From the NCBI GenBank assembly GCA_964252075.1, contig CAXULY010000027.1, positions 9,826 through 73,825 of the forward strand: 64,000 nt of DNA, written 5' to 3'. The position numbers were made by a program, and so were the translations under genes. Of the stretch, positions 49,775 through 60,570 are shown one piece after another. Source of the DNA: an uncultured Deinococcaceae bacterium. GTDB lineage: Bacteria; Deinococcota; Deinococci; Deinococcales; Deinococcaceae. Below the pieces are notes generated by a model. The model saw only the letters and a program-made list of their open reading frames with translations, did not search any database and was not told where the DNA came from. Positions within the stretch are counted from its first letter, which is position 1. Every line of letters begins with the position of its first letter.

Positions 49775-51388
49775 GTGACTCAAGCAGGCTCAGGCCCGAC
49801 GAAAGACTTCCGTGATTTTCTCCTCTGGGAGCGCGAATCACGCGACACCATCGACTTCAAGAAGATCTACGTGGACATGGCCGCCGACCTTAAGGGCGGG
49901 CTGCTGCTCTCGCAGATCATTTACTGGCGCCTGCCCCGCAAGGACCGCGACGTCGACGACAGCCGCCTCAGCATCGAGAAGCACGGCCGGCGCTGGCTGG
50001 CGAAGGCGGACGCCGAGTGGTACGCCGAAATCCGCCTCACCGCCACCGAAGCGCGCGCCGCGCGCCTGGTGCTCGAGGCGCGCGGGCTGATCACCTGCAA
50101 GACCATGCGCTTCTACGGCGACCCCACCACGCACATCACCGTGAACGAGGAGCGCTTCACCGAACTGTGGACGGAGATGCTGAACACGCCCGTCGAGGTG
50201 CGCAACGCCGGACGCATGGGCGACAAGGTCAAGCGCAGCGAGGTCACCAAGGCCCGCAAGCCCGGCTCGAAGCCCACCAGCGGCTTCCGGCGCGCCAAAG
50301 CAGGCGATGAGGTGAGCGGGTCGGTCCCCTCCGAGGATGACCCGGGGGAGGAATCCCGTTATTACGAAAATCACAATAACGGGATTATGGAAACCACAAA
50401 AACGGGATTATCGGAACCACAAAAACCGGATTACGAAAACGGCAATAACCCGATTACCGAAACCATAATTTCCTTAACAGAGAGTCCAGCAGAGATCCCT
50501 GCAGAGACTCCGACAGAGAGCACCAGCAGCACCAATCAGCTGGAAGGTGACGCGCGCGCCCACGAAGTGCCGGGTGCTGCTGCTGCGGTTGAACCGGAAC
50601 CCGAAGAAGACCCGTTGCTCGACGAGCTGGTCCGGGGGACCGGCGGGGCGCCTGACGGCGCCGGCCCTCACGGGCCGAACGCAGGCGACGCTCCCCCATC
50701 CCGCGTCCCGGTTCAGCCCCAGGCCCTGCAGGCCGCACGACCGGTCACCACCTCCGAGAAGGTTCCGCCGGCCGCCGCGCCGAAGTACGCGATGCTGGCC
50801 CTGCAGCCCATCCCGCGCGCCGAGCTGGACGCGCGGGCGCCCCGCGGGGCGGGGGTGCTGCTGAAGGCGCTGCTGAACGCCAGCAGCCCGAAGCGCCAGG
50901 CGCACCTGCAGGCGTACCTGGGCGGCGCGACGCAGACGGGCGGCGTCCCGCGCGACCTGCTGCTGCGCCTCACGGACGAGGAACTGCTCGCCGCGCAGGC
51001 GGCCGCCAAGGCCGACGCGCACCACCCGGGCGGCATGACGAAATTCAGCCACCTCGCCCTCGACCGCCTGATCGGCGCGCCCATCACGCAGGCCGTGATC
51101 GAAGGCACCGACGCCCGGACGCCCGAGCCGGGCGGCGCCGCGTACCGCGTCACGAACGAACCCCGCCAGCAGGCCCAGGTGGAGCGTGCGCCGGAGCCCA
51201 GTGAGCCCGCCGAGGACTACCGGGTGGGCGCGCAGTGGCGGCGCCGCGACGACGGCCAGCTCGTCACCATCCAGGAGGTGCAGGGCGCCAAGCGCGTGCT
51301 GAGCGACGGCACCACCATCGAGCTGTTCCGTCTGGTGCAGCGCTACGCCTTCCACGCGGTCGCGCCCGCGGACGCCGTGGCGTCCTGA
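49775..51388 (+). CDS. Phage replication initiator (wHTH replisome organiser-like)
   Basis: YVDMA.DL.GGLLLSQIIYW, W..EI.LT..E.R.A...L...GLI; internal iterons. Confidence 0.8.
   Translation: MTQAGSGPTKDFRDFLLWERESRDTIDFKKIYVDMAADLKGGLLLSQIIYWRLPRKDRDVDDSRLSIEKHGRRWLAKADAEWYAEIRLTATEARAARLVLEARGLITCKTMRFYGDPTTHITVNEERFTELWTEMLNTPVEVRNAGRMGDKVKRSEVTKARKPGSKPTSGFRRAKAGDEVSGSVPSEDDPGEESRYYENHNNGIMETTKTGLSEPQKPDYENGNNPITETIISLTESPAEIPAETPTESTSSTNQLEGDARAHEVPGAAAAVEPEPEEDPLLDELVRGTGGAPDGAGPHGPNAGDAPPSRVPVQPQALQAARPVTTSEKVPPAAAPKYAMLALQPIPRAELDARAPRGAGVLLKALLNASSPKRQAHLQAYLGGATQTGGVPRDLLLRLTDEELLAAQAAAKADAHHPGGMTKFSHLALDRLIGAPITQAVIEGTDARTPEPGGAAYRVTNEPRQQAQVERAPEPSEPAEDYRVGAQWRRRDDGQLVTIQEVQGAKRVLSDGTTIELFRLVQRYAFHAVAPADAVAS
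50357..50471. repeat. Five tandem 23-bp iterons, putative origin
   Basis: Units start at 50357, 50380, 50403, 50426 and 50449; consensus about CGGGATTAYSGAAMCACAAWAA; AT-rich island inside the initiator gene. Confidence 0.85.
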
Positions 51389-51412
51389 CCGCGCGGCCGC
51401 ACCGGAGAGGTT

Positions 51413-52609
51413 ATGGCCAGGCGCACGAGCAAAGCTGAACTGGAGGCGCTGCGCGCCGAGGCGGAGGTCCTGGTGCAGCAGCACGTCTTCGGCAGTGTGC
51501 GCAGCGCGATGCAGGCGCTGGGGCGCAGTCGAGGCTTCATCCCCGACCCGACGGCCGGCGCCCCCACCATCCTGGAGCTCGAGCCCAGCAGCACACGCGG
51601 CCCCTCGACCGACCAGGCGGAATAACCGTGAAGCGCCCGGTGGTGTGGTTGTCGCCCGGCACGTGGGACTGGACCGTGCGCGACGACCCCTCACCCAGCG
51701 GCTTCCACCTGTCGCGCCGGCAGAAATCCGCGCGAACGTGGACGCTCGATGAGCTTCTGACCTCCCCCGCCCCGGGTGAGCCCGTGACGGTGCACCTGCT
51801 CGGCGTGGTCGGCGGTCACACCATCATGGCCGCGCACGGTGGCGTGCTGTACGTCGCGCTGATCGCCTCGGGCCTCAAGCCCAATGACCGGGACCGCCTG
51901 CAGGCGACCCGACTCGGCTTCACGCTCTAGCGCCGCCCCACAACCCAACGCTTCACCCGCAGCGCTCGCCACCACGGCGGGCGCGCTGCATTGGAGAACC
52001 ATGATCGATGACCTCACAGACGCGGTCGGCCGCCTGGCGGCCTACCGCAGCCTGCCGCCCGCCGAGCGCGCTCGGTACCGCCAGATGGCCGAAGACGACG
52101 CCCGCAGCGACCGCCTGCAGCTGGGCGCCGTCTGGAGTGAAGCGCAGATCGAACGGCGCGCCGCGCAACTCGCCCACGACGTGCCCACCTGGGGCGTGAC
52201 CGCGGATGGCTGAGTGCATCGCCTGCGGGGCGCCGACCAAGGACAACGCCGCCACCCGCTGCCGCACGTGCCGCAAACCCGTGTGCGAGCGGTGCATCCT
52301 GTACGCCCCCACCGGGCGCGAGTACTGCCCGGACTGCTTCGAGGACCTCGACGTCAGCGAATGGTCCGGCGAGGACGACCCATGAAGGCCCTGCAGGCCT
52401 TCCGGGTGATGCGCCGCGAGGACGTCAGCGGGAACACCGGCACGGGGCACGTCGCGGACGCCGTGCGCTTCCCGAACGGCAAGGCGGCCATCGCCTTCCG
52501 CGAGGGCGCGCGCAGCGTCGCGCTGTACGACTCCCTCGAGGACCTCATCGCCACGCACGGGCACGATGGCCGCACCGTCCTGGAGCCCGTCGCGGTGGAG
52601 CCCGCGTGA
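51413..52609 (+). other. Small ORFs (51413-51625, 51628-51930, 52001-52213, 52206-52385 zinc finger, 52382-52609)
   Basis: Coupled; 52206-52385 has four CxxC pairs. Confidence 0.6.
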
Positions 52610-52983
52610 CGGCCCAGGACCCCGCGGCGCTCGTGGCGGCCCTGCCCGCCCGGGCCCGCCAGGTGCTGGACCTGATCGTCGCGGGCCGCACGAACGCCGA
52701 GATCGCCGTGGAGCTCGACGTGACGGAGAAGACCATCCGCAACCACAGCGTGCAGCTCTTCGACCGCCTCGGCGTGCGCAACCGCACGGAGGCCGCCGTC
52801 CTGGCCGTGCAGGCCAGGAGCGCCCCGGCCGCCACGCGCTTATGCCTGCAGCGGGCCGTGCATGAACTGGAGCGCATGGAGCGGGCGCTGGGCGCGCAGA
52901 ACACCCCCCTCGCCCTGGAACGCCTGAACACCAGCCTGCGCCACGTCCGCGAGGTCCTCACCGACCTGGGCGGCGCGCCGTGA
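52606..52983 (+). CDS. LuxR-type HTH protein
   Basis: R.RQVL.LI..GRTN.EIA.EL.VTEKTIRNH...LF.RLGV.NRTEA. Confidence 0.88.
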   Translation: MTAQDPAALVAALPARARQVLDLIVAGRTNAEIAVELDVTEKTIRNHSVQLFDRLGVRNRTEAAVLAVQARSAPAATRLCLQRAVHELERMERALGAQNTPLALERLNTSLRHVREVLTDLGGAP

Positions 52984-53334
52984 CGGTCCTCGCGCAGTTC
53001 CACCACACCGACGAGCGCGGCCGCGCCGCCTCCGGCCTCCTGCGCCGCCACCCCGACGGCACGGTCGTGTTCATGTGGCGCACCACCGCCATGCCCAGCG
53101 TCGCCTTCTGGTACACGAAAACGCTGCTGCAGGCGTGGGGGTGGTACCGGCGCCACCGCGCGGACTGGGCGTTCCTCGGGCGGCCCCCCATCCCCATCGC
53201 GGAATACGAAGCGCGCCGCCTGCGCCAGCGCGCCGAGGGGATGCTCGCGCAGGCCGCGCAGCTGGAGAGCGGTCCGCGATGACCGCCGTCCCATCTTTGA
53301 CTTCTGACCGGGGGCGCACAACGTTGGTGCTCCC

Positions 53335-55419
53335 ATGAACGTCCAGATCGTCCTGTTCGCCACCTGCGACCGCTGCGGGCTCAGCGGCGAGCGCTACTTC
53401 GGCCCCTTCGACGAGTTCCCCGGCATCGACCCCTGCCGCGCTGGTCTGATCCGGCACGGCTGGACGGTCACCGACCGGCTCACCCTCTGCCCGCAGTGCA
53501 CGCGGGCCCGAAAGGCCAGCATGACGGACCCCCAGGACACCCCACCGGCCGTCACTCCGGACGCGCCCCGCCCCCTGAGTGATTTTGGGCTCATCGACCG
53601 CACGCTCAGCATTTACCTCACCGTGATGGAGGACCACGCGAATCAGGTCCCCGCACTCGAACGTGAACTCGCGGACGTGCAGGCCCGCCTCGACCACGCG
53701 CGGAGCGCGCAGCGCAAGCTGCAGGTGCTCGACCCGCTCATCCGCGAGGTGTCCAGCGGCGACTGGACGCTCGTCGCGATGGTCACGGCCGCGCTGGAAC
53801 AGGCACAGAACGGCGTGCAACTGGACGCGAGGCCTCCAGGAGCGCCACCGCTGGAGTTCATTCAGGGCGGCCCGCTGGTGATCAAGCCCCTGGTCAACCT
53901 GGCAGGTCCGAGCGGTGCACCCATCGACCCTGCACCTGCGGCTGAGCCGCCCGTGTCCCTTCCCGGTGACGATGCCGAGCCGCGCGGTCCGGACACGTCG
54001 AAATCGCGGTCGGATCTCGACCCCTTCGAAGGGGCGGACGCGACCGAGGCCGAACTGGAGGGCGCCCCCAGCGCTTCGGAATCGCCTGAGCCGCCGGTCG
54101 TCGACACGGCCGCCACAAGCGTTGAGGCGACCCTCCAGACGACGACCCCATCCCCCGCCCCCACCCACCTGCGGAACGCGCCGCCCGCCGACCCTGAGGA
54201 CGACGAAGCGCGCGAGGACGACGCGCCTGAAGCGCCCCTCACGAAGCGCGAGCAGATCCTGCGCCACCTGAAGGCGCACCCGTGGCGGTCCCTGATGGAA
54301 CTCACCGCGGACCTGAAGTTCTCGAAGGGCACGGTGAGTGGCCAGGTGTCGCAGTGCAAGACCGCCGGGCTCCTCGCGATGAGGATGGACGGGCCCACCA
54401 CGCGCTACGCCCTCGCCGGCACCCCCAGCCTGGACAGCGAACGGAACTTCGAGGAAGCGCCCGCCCCCCTCCCGCCGTTCGTGGAGCCGCCGAGCGCGGA
54501 ACCGCGCGACCGGGTGCTCGCACTGCTCGCGCAGCGCCCCGCGGGCCGCACCATGACGGACCTCGCGGTGGAGCTGGGCCTGACGCCCGCCCGCATTGGG
54601 CCGGTGGTCGGGCAGCTCCTGCGCCATGGCCGCATCACGCGCGAGGGCATCGTGTACCACGCCTCATCGGCGTCCCCTGACGGTCCCGCGCCCGATCCGG
54701 AGCCGGAGCAACGCGAGCACCCGCCCACCCCACCGCCTGAACCCACGCCGGAGCCGACACCGCCCGCGCCTCTGCCCGAGGCGGAGTCAGCTTCCAGGAA
54801 GTCCGGCCCGGACGGAACGGACGCGCCCACGCCCGACCCGCCGCGCCCCACCCCGCAACTGGAGGTCCGACCACAGGACAAGCGGGTCAGTGGAATGCCG
54901 CCGCCCATCCCGGAGCCGCCCGTCGTGGCCCCGCCCACCATGCTCGGCACGCCGGCGCTCACCCGCAGTGAGCAGGTGGCGCTCGACGCGCGCCGCACCA
55001 TTGGCCGGCTCACCGATGAGATCGACGGTTTCTTCGACGAGCAGGAGGAATGGACGGAAAAGCAGCTGCAGGCGCGGCTGAGCGACAAGCGCGTCAGCGC
55101 GCTCCGCAGCGCGGTGCAGCAGCTGGAGGACACCGGGCGCCTGGTGCGCGAGGAGCTGGGCGGCGCGGCGCGCTGTGTGTACCGCCGCGCCACCAGCGGC
55201 CTGCCGGACGCGAAGGGCACCGCCCTGACGCCCGACGCGCAGCTGCTGCGCCAACACATGCTCGGGCGGCCCGGCGACACCATCCCGAACCTCGAGCAGA
55301 CGCTGCGCATCCCCCGCGACCGCGTGCAGGCCGCGCTCGCCATCCTCGTGACGCGCGGTCAGGTCACCTTCCGCGCCGTTGGGAGCCTGCGCATCTTCAC
55401 CCTCCAGGAGGCCATGTGA
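53335..55419 (+). CDS. Multi-winged-helix, Pro-rich protein (N-terminal CxxC segment; may start at 53521)
   Basis: About four wHTH-like units separated by Pro/Glu linkers. Confidence 0.6.
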   Translation: MNVQIVLFATCDRCGLSGERYFGPFDEFPGIDPCRAGLIRHGWTVTDRLTLCPQCTRARKASMTDPQDTPPAVTPDAPRPLSDFGLIDRTLSIYLTVMEDHANQVPALERELADVQARLDHARSAQRKLQVLDPLIREVSSGDWTLVAMVTAALEQAQNGVQLDARPPGAPPLEFIQGGPLVIKPLVNLAGPSGAPIDPAPAAEPPVSLPGDDAEPRGPDTSKSRSDLDPFEGADATEAELEGAPSASESPEPPVVDTAATSVEATLQTTTPSPAPTHLRNAPPADPEDDEAREDDAPEAPLTKREQILRHLKAHPWRSLMELTADLKFSKGTVSGQVSQCKTAGLLAMRMDGPTTRYALAGTPSLDSERNFEEAPAPLPPFVEPPSAEPRDRVLALLAQRPAGRTMTDLAVELGLTPARIGPVVGQLLRHGRITREGIVYHASSASPDGPAPDPEPEQREHPPTPPPEPTPEPTPPAPLPEAESASRKSGPDGTDAPTPDPPRPTPQLEVRPQDKRVSGMPPPIPEPPVVAPPTMLGTPALTRSEQVALDARRTIGRLTDEIDGFFDEQEEWTEKQLQARLSDKRVSALRSAVQQLEDTGRLVREELGGAARCVYRRATSGLPDAKGTALTPDAQLLRQHMLGRPGDTIPNLEQTLRIPRDRVQAALAILVTRGQVTFRAVGSLRIFTLQEAM

Positions 55420-55964
55420 CGCCCACCATTCAAGAGCAGGCCCAGGAAGCGCGCGAAATCAATAAAAGCAACGGCTGGGGCGAGGACTACGCGCCCGAAA
55501 CCATCCCCGGGTACTTAGGGCTCCTGCACAGCGAAGTGAGCGAAGCGTTCCGGGCGGGCAGCAACGCCGAGTTCCTCACCGAACTGGGCGACGTCATCGT
55601 GCGCGCCCTGGATCTCGGGGAGCTCATGGCGCCCGGGCAGGTCCCCGCCCTGTGCCGCTTCGGCCCGACCCTCGACGACCTGCCCGCATCCGTCCCCCGC
55701 CAGGTGCACCCGGGGCATTTGCCGCGCACCACGGCGCTGCTGCACCTGCACGCCCTGGTGACGGACGTCCTGCAGGACCACCGCAAGGTCAAACCCTGGG
55801 GGCGCGCGGAAGCGCAGATGCTCGCCGGCCTGGCGGACGTCGTGTGGTACACGGTGGTGCTGATGCGCGCCACGGACCGGGGGTGCAGTCCCAGCGCCAT
55901 CGTGAGCGCCATCCTCGCCAAGAACCGCACCCGCGGGTACCGCCATGGGGACCTGCGCACGTGA
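55416..55964 (+). CDS. MazG-like NTP pyrophosphohydrolase
   Basis: LLHSEVSEA, ELGDV.VR.LD, KN.TR.YRHG. Confidence 0.75.
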   Translation: MTPTIQEQAQEAREINKSNGWGEDYAPETIPGYLGLLHSEVSEAFRAGSNAEFLTELGDVIVRALDLGELMAPGQVPALCRFGPTLDDLPASVPRQVHPGHLPRTTALLHLHALVTDVLQDHRKVKPWGRAEAQMLAGLADVVWYTVVLMRATDRGCSPSAIVSAILAKNRTRGYRHGDLRT

Positions 55965-58900
55965 GGCGCTCCCGCACCCGCGATTGCGAGTGGGTGTTCA
56001 TCGAGGCCAGCCAGTGGGAGGCGGCGCACGCGCAGCTGCGCCAGCAGGACCGCCTCACCCACCGCCACGCCGAGCGGTGGCCCACCTTGCACTGGACGGG
56101 CCTGCCCCTCTGGCGCCGGACGGACCGGTACCTGCTGCGCGACCCCGTGCGGTACGGCGTGGACCTGTTCGCCCAGGGGCACTTCGGCCTGCGCGCCGCC
56201 CTCCGCACCGCCAGAGCAGCGCCTCCGGGCCAGCGTTGGCGGGCCTTCGCCGGGCGGTTCGGGCTGCCCGGCTGCCCCCTCGACGTGCCCCGCCCCGAGC
56301 GCCGCGTCGTCTCGCTGTACCGATTGCGCCTGCACCTCCCCCGGAGACACACGTGAGCAAAACGCCCCGCCACCGCCCCGCCTACAAGCTCGCCGAGCCG
56401 CTCAGCGACGTCGCCTGGGTGGCGATGAAGCTGCAGGAACAGATGATCGTGCACAGCGGCCCGGACGCCCTCACCTCGGACACCGCCGAGCGCTGCGTGA
56501 AGACGGCGCAGCACCTCCTGGAAGCTGCCCGCCGCGTCGAGGAGGTCCCCCGTGCCGAATAAACCGCGCTTTCCCACCCTCGCCTACGCCCTCCTGACGC
56601 TGCGCCACAAGTGGTTCGTGTTCCTCGCAGGCCTGCACACCGGCGCGCCCCTGTGGAACCTTCTCGTGCACGACCTCAGCAAATTCGGGCCGTCCGAACT
56701 CCGCCAGTACGGCCGGCAGTTCTACGGCGCCGCGGACCGCCCGCTGGAGTTCACGCGCGCCTGGCTGCACCACCAGTCCGTGAACGCGCACCACTGGGAA
56801 TACCACATCCCCCGTACCGGCCACGACCGCGGTGGGTACCCGGGCGGCGAGCCCCTCGAGATGCCCGAGCCGCTCGTGCGGGAGATGTGCGCCGACTGGT
56901 TGGGCGCAAGCCGCACCTACGAGGGGCGCTGGCCCACCAGCCTGGAGACCTGGCCGTGGTGGCAAAAAAACTTTTCCAGCATCCGCCTGCACCCCCAGAC
57001 GCGCGCGTTGGCCGAGATGATCGCGCGTCGCACCCTCGTCCACTGGCCGCGGAGGACCGCGCGTGACCGCTGAACCCGAGGTGCTGTTCTTCGGCGTCGC
57101 GAGCCCCGCCCAGGCTGGGCACTACCTGTTCGCGCAGGGCATGCGAGAAACCTATCGGTACCGCAACACGCTGGTGTCGCTGCTGGACACCCGCCTGCTG
57201 CTCGCCGCGGAGGTGCCCGAGCGCCAGGGCCAGGCGGTGTTCGTGCGGCTCGGCCCGTGGTCCATCGTGAGCTTCTGGGACACCACCGGCGACTCGCGCG
57301 GCAACTCCAACGGCGCGTTTCTGCTGCGAGGACGCGCGACCGCCGAGGAGGTCCTCGCGGCGGCCGGGCGGGCCTTCCCGCACCTGGTGAAGCGCGTGGG
57401 CCCGCTGCGCTTTCAGGACGCCCCGTGAGCGCGTTCATCTACGTGTTTCAGGGCCTGGGCATGGCACCCAAGCGCGCGTACCTGGACCTGGAGTCGCTGC
57501 TCGCGGAGGTGCGCGCGCAGTACCCGGGCGCGACCGTCACCCTCGAGGAAGGCCGCGAGAAGGACCTGCACGGCGGCCGCGTGCTCGTGCAGAACCACCT
57601 CCAGCACGGCCCGATGGGCATGTGGACCGGGCACTACCGCCTGGGCTTCACGCGCATCCCGCTCGCCGACCCGCAGCACTGGGAGCGCCTCCGGCCCGAC
57701 CCGGGCACCTCTTCGGAGATGGAGAAGCGATCATGACAGAGCACGCACCTGCCCCTAACGATCAGGCGTCCGCCCCCTTCGACCTGGACGCCCTCTTCGC
57801 GGCGATGCCGGGCGGCACCGAGACGCCCGTGGAGCCCCGCTGGTGCCGCAACCCGGACTTCTGCGGGGCGCCCAGGTGGGTGGGCCTGAAGATCGGCGTG
57901 CCGATCAAGGCGTACCGTGCGCACCTCGCGGCGCACAAGCAGGCGCTGCAGGACGGTCCGGTGCTGCTGTTCGGGCGCCCCATGCGCTGCACCGGCTGGT
58001 CCGTGCGCATCCTGCCCGCCACGCCCATCCGCAGCGCAGACCAGCTGGTGTGGTTGGACTTCGACGCCCCCGACGAGGCGGAGCGCCTCTGCACCGGGGG
58101 TGGCCGTTACCCCTTCTACACGAACCTCAACGGCCTGCCATGACCGACAAGTTCTTCATCGACCTCGACGCCTCCACGCCCATCACGGGCAGCACCACGG
58201 GTCCGCACGGCCAGCCGCGCCCGAACCTGGTGTTCGGCACCGTGGTCCCGTCCACCGCCATCAGCCCCGGCCGCCCGCTGCGCGCCGTGCAGCCACCCCC
58301 CGCCGCCGCGCCGGTCGCGCTGGCGACCAGCAAAGGCCCGACCCCATCCGGCCCGAAGCGCCTCCAGCGGCTCAGCGCGCGAGCGCGTGCAGTACTTCGT
58401 GGCCGACCAGGGCTGGGACTTCTGGGAGGCCCTTGATTACGTCGAGCGCCGCGGCGTCCCCGCGGAACTCGCGCGGCTGCTCGACGCGCGCGCCCTCTCG
58501 GCCGCCGTGCACTCCGTGCAGGAAGCCCTCCCTCCCGTGAAGCCCACGCGCGGCAAGCGCCAGACGCGCCGACAACGAAAGGCCCACCCATGACCGACCC
58601 CACCGCCCCCGCCATCGAGACGCCCGTGAGCGCCGTTCGGTTCGACAGCCGGGCCGCGCAGTGGCCGCGCGAAGTGCACCGCTGGAAGCTGGGAGACCCC
58701 GCGAAGGACGCCAACAGCTGGGGCTACGTCATCAGCATCAACATGGACCGCCCACAGCGTGTCTACCACGGCAACTGGATCGTGCGGTACCGCGACGGCA
58801 CGGTGCATGTCCTGACGGAGGAGGACTACCAGGCGCTGCGCGCCAGCCTTTCCGCTGCGGTTGAGGAGGAGATCGTCGCGCCGTACCTGCTGCTCAGCCC

Positions 58901-59171
58901 CGGTGACCTGCAGATGTGGAGTCGCACGTACCTGACGCCCACGGCGACCAGCCCGGACGGCATGGATGTCGCGGCGCTCCTGACGCTGGATGACGACCAG
59001 CTGGCGCACCTGATGCTGGGCCGGCAGCAGCTGCGCTTCGGGGACCACGCGGGGCGCGTCCTGCGCTTCGACCGGCCTGGTTCTGACGCGAAAGACGACC
59101 GCTTGCGCCTCGTCGCGCACCTCACGCCGCTCTACCCCAGCACGCCCAGCGAGGCCGAGCGTGGCAACTGA
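55961..59171 (+). other. Coupled hypothetical ORFs (55961-56356, 56353-56562, 57063-57428, 57425-57736, 57733-58143, 58140-58436, 58590-59171)
   Basis: Start/stop overlaps. Confidence 0.55.
56552..57073 (+). CDS. His-rich HD-like phage protein
   Basis: HKW.V, HDLSKF, AWLHH...N.HHWEY, EM.ADW. Confidence 0.65.
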   Translation: MPNKPRFPTLAYALLTLRHKWFVFLAGLHTGAPLWNLLVHDLSKFGPSELRQYGRQFYGAADRPLEFTRAWLHHQSVNAHHWEYHIPRTGHDRGGYPGGEPLEMPEPLVREMCADWLGASRTYEGRWPTSLETWPWWQKNFSSIRLHPQTRALAEMIARRTLVHWPRRTARDR

Positions 59172-59183
59172 CGCCGGAGCGAC

Positions 59184-59591
59184 GTGCGGAGGCTGATGTT
59201 CGACCTGCCGGGCCTCGTCCTGATCGGCACGAACGACCTGATCCGCATGAACCCCCACGAGTACCGGCGGCACCGCGAGCAGGTGTGTCAGGCGGTCGCC
59301 GCGGCGGTGCCGCGCCACCTGCGGCCCAGGCCGCCCATCGAGCACTACCGCCTCAAGGTGATGATCACGCTGCCCAACCCCTTCGACACGGACAACAAGT
59401 ACTCCGCCGTGAAGCCGCTCATTGACGTGATGCGGCGCCTGCACCGCACCACCAACCCGCACGGCCTGGACATCCTGCACGACGACAAAGACGGCGAGCA
59501 CGGCCTGACCGGGAACGTGAAGGCCCTGCAGGTCGTGCAGCGCATCGGCCGCCCCCACGTGCGCGTGGACATCCGCGAGGTCCGCCCATGA
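59184..59591 (+). CDS. RusA-like Holliday junction resolvase
   Basis: D.DN....VK..ID...; DD; V.V.I.E. Confidence 0.65.
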   Translation: MRRLMFDLPGLVLIGTNDLIRMNPHEYRRHREQVCQAVAAAVPRHLRPRPPIEHYRLKVMITLPNPFDTDNKYSAVKPLIDVMRRLHRTTNPHGLDILHDDKDGEHGLTGNVKALQVVQRIGRPHVRVDIREVRP

Positions 59592-59878
59592 TCAAGATCT
59601 GGAAGTACACCGCCGACCAGCCGGGCATCAACCACGTCACGATGCCGGAGAACGCCCGCATCATCAGCGTGCAGCCCGTGGGGAACACCGTGACCCTGTG
59701 GGCGGAAGTGAACCCCGCCGCGCGCTGGGTGAACCGCCGCATTCAGCGCGTCCTGACCGGAGAGAGCCCAAGCGGCGGTGCCTGGCACCTCGGCACCTGC
59801 GTCTTCGACGGCGGCGCGTTCGTGGTGCACGTCTACGACCTCGGTGAATGGCCCCTCGACCCGGCGGCGCGCCCATGA
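59588..59878 (+). CDS. Conserved phage hypothetical protein
   Basis: IWKY...MP..A.I.SVQ....LWAEV...TG...GT....V.HVY. Confidence 0.65.
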   Translation: MIKIWKYTADQPGINHVTMPENARIISVQPVGNTVTLWAEVNPAARWVNRRIQRVLTGESPSGGAWHLGTCVFDGGAFVVHVYDLGEWPLDPAARP

Positions 59879-60570
59879 CCCGCCCCATCGCGGTGGGTGA
59901 CCTGCACGGTCGCCTGGATCTCCTCGACGCCCTCCTCGAGCGGTACCCCGACCGCGACCTCGTGTTCCTCGGGGATTACGTGGACCGCGGCCCGGACGTG
60001 CCGGGCGTGCTGCGCCGCGTGCGGCAGCTGGTCGCGGACGGCCGCGCGGTCGCGCTGTGGGGCAACCACGACAAGATGCTGTGCGAGGTGGTGCTGGACC
60101 AGTGGCACACCGGGTACTGGCAGCAGCAGTACGCGAACCACACCATCTCCCAGTACGCGGATGAGCCCACGCAGCTCTTCGGCGACCTGCAGTGGATGCG
60201 CGTGCACCTCCAGCACTGGCTGGTGGTGGGCGACGTGTACCTCTCGCACGGCGCGCCCCACCAGGCGGGTCAGGCGCAGCCCTTCCACCCGCACGAGGCG
60301 TTCGAGCCCGTGCACCTGTGGGGCCGGCCGGGCGACCACCGCGAGCGCCTCCCTGAGGGGTGTGTGCTCGCCGTGCACGGCCACACGCCCGTGCAGACCA
60401 TGACCGAAGACAAACGGCGCACGGACCCCATCACCATCGATTACGGCCCGACCCTCGGGCTCGCGTACTACATCGACAGCGGTGCGTTCAGAAGTGGCGT
60501 GCTCGGGATCTTCGACCTGGAAACCCGCCAGGCCGGCACGGTCACGCTGCCCACGCCGGAGCCCGCGTGA
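59875..60570 (+). CDS. Metallophosphoesterase (lambda NinI-like Ser/Thr phosphatase)
   Basis: GDLHG, GDYVDRG, GNHD, HG, HGHTP, IDSG. Confidence 0.92.
   Translation: MTRPIAVGDLHGRLDLLDALLERYPDRDLVFLGDYVDRGPDVPGVLRRVRQLVADGRAVALWGNHDKMLCEVVLDQWHTGYWQQQYANHTISQYADEPTQLFGDLQWMRVHLQHWLVVGDVYLSHGAPHQAGQAQPFHPHEAFEPVHLWGRPGDHRERLPEGCVLAVHGHTPVQTMTEDKRRTDPITIDYGPTLGLAYYIDSGAFRSGVLGIFDLETRQAGTVTLPTPEPA

Noticed and set aside
50357..50471. CRISPR array
   Set aside because: Contiguous degenerate 23-bp units with no spacers and no cas genes; they fit iterons
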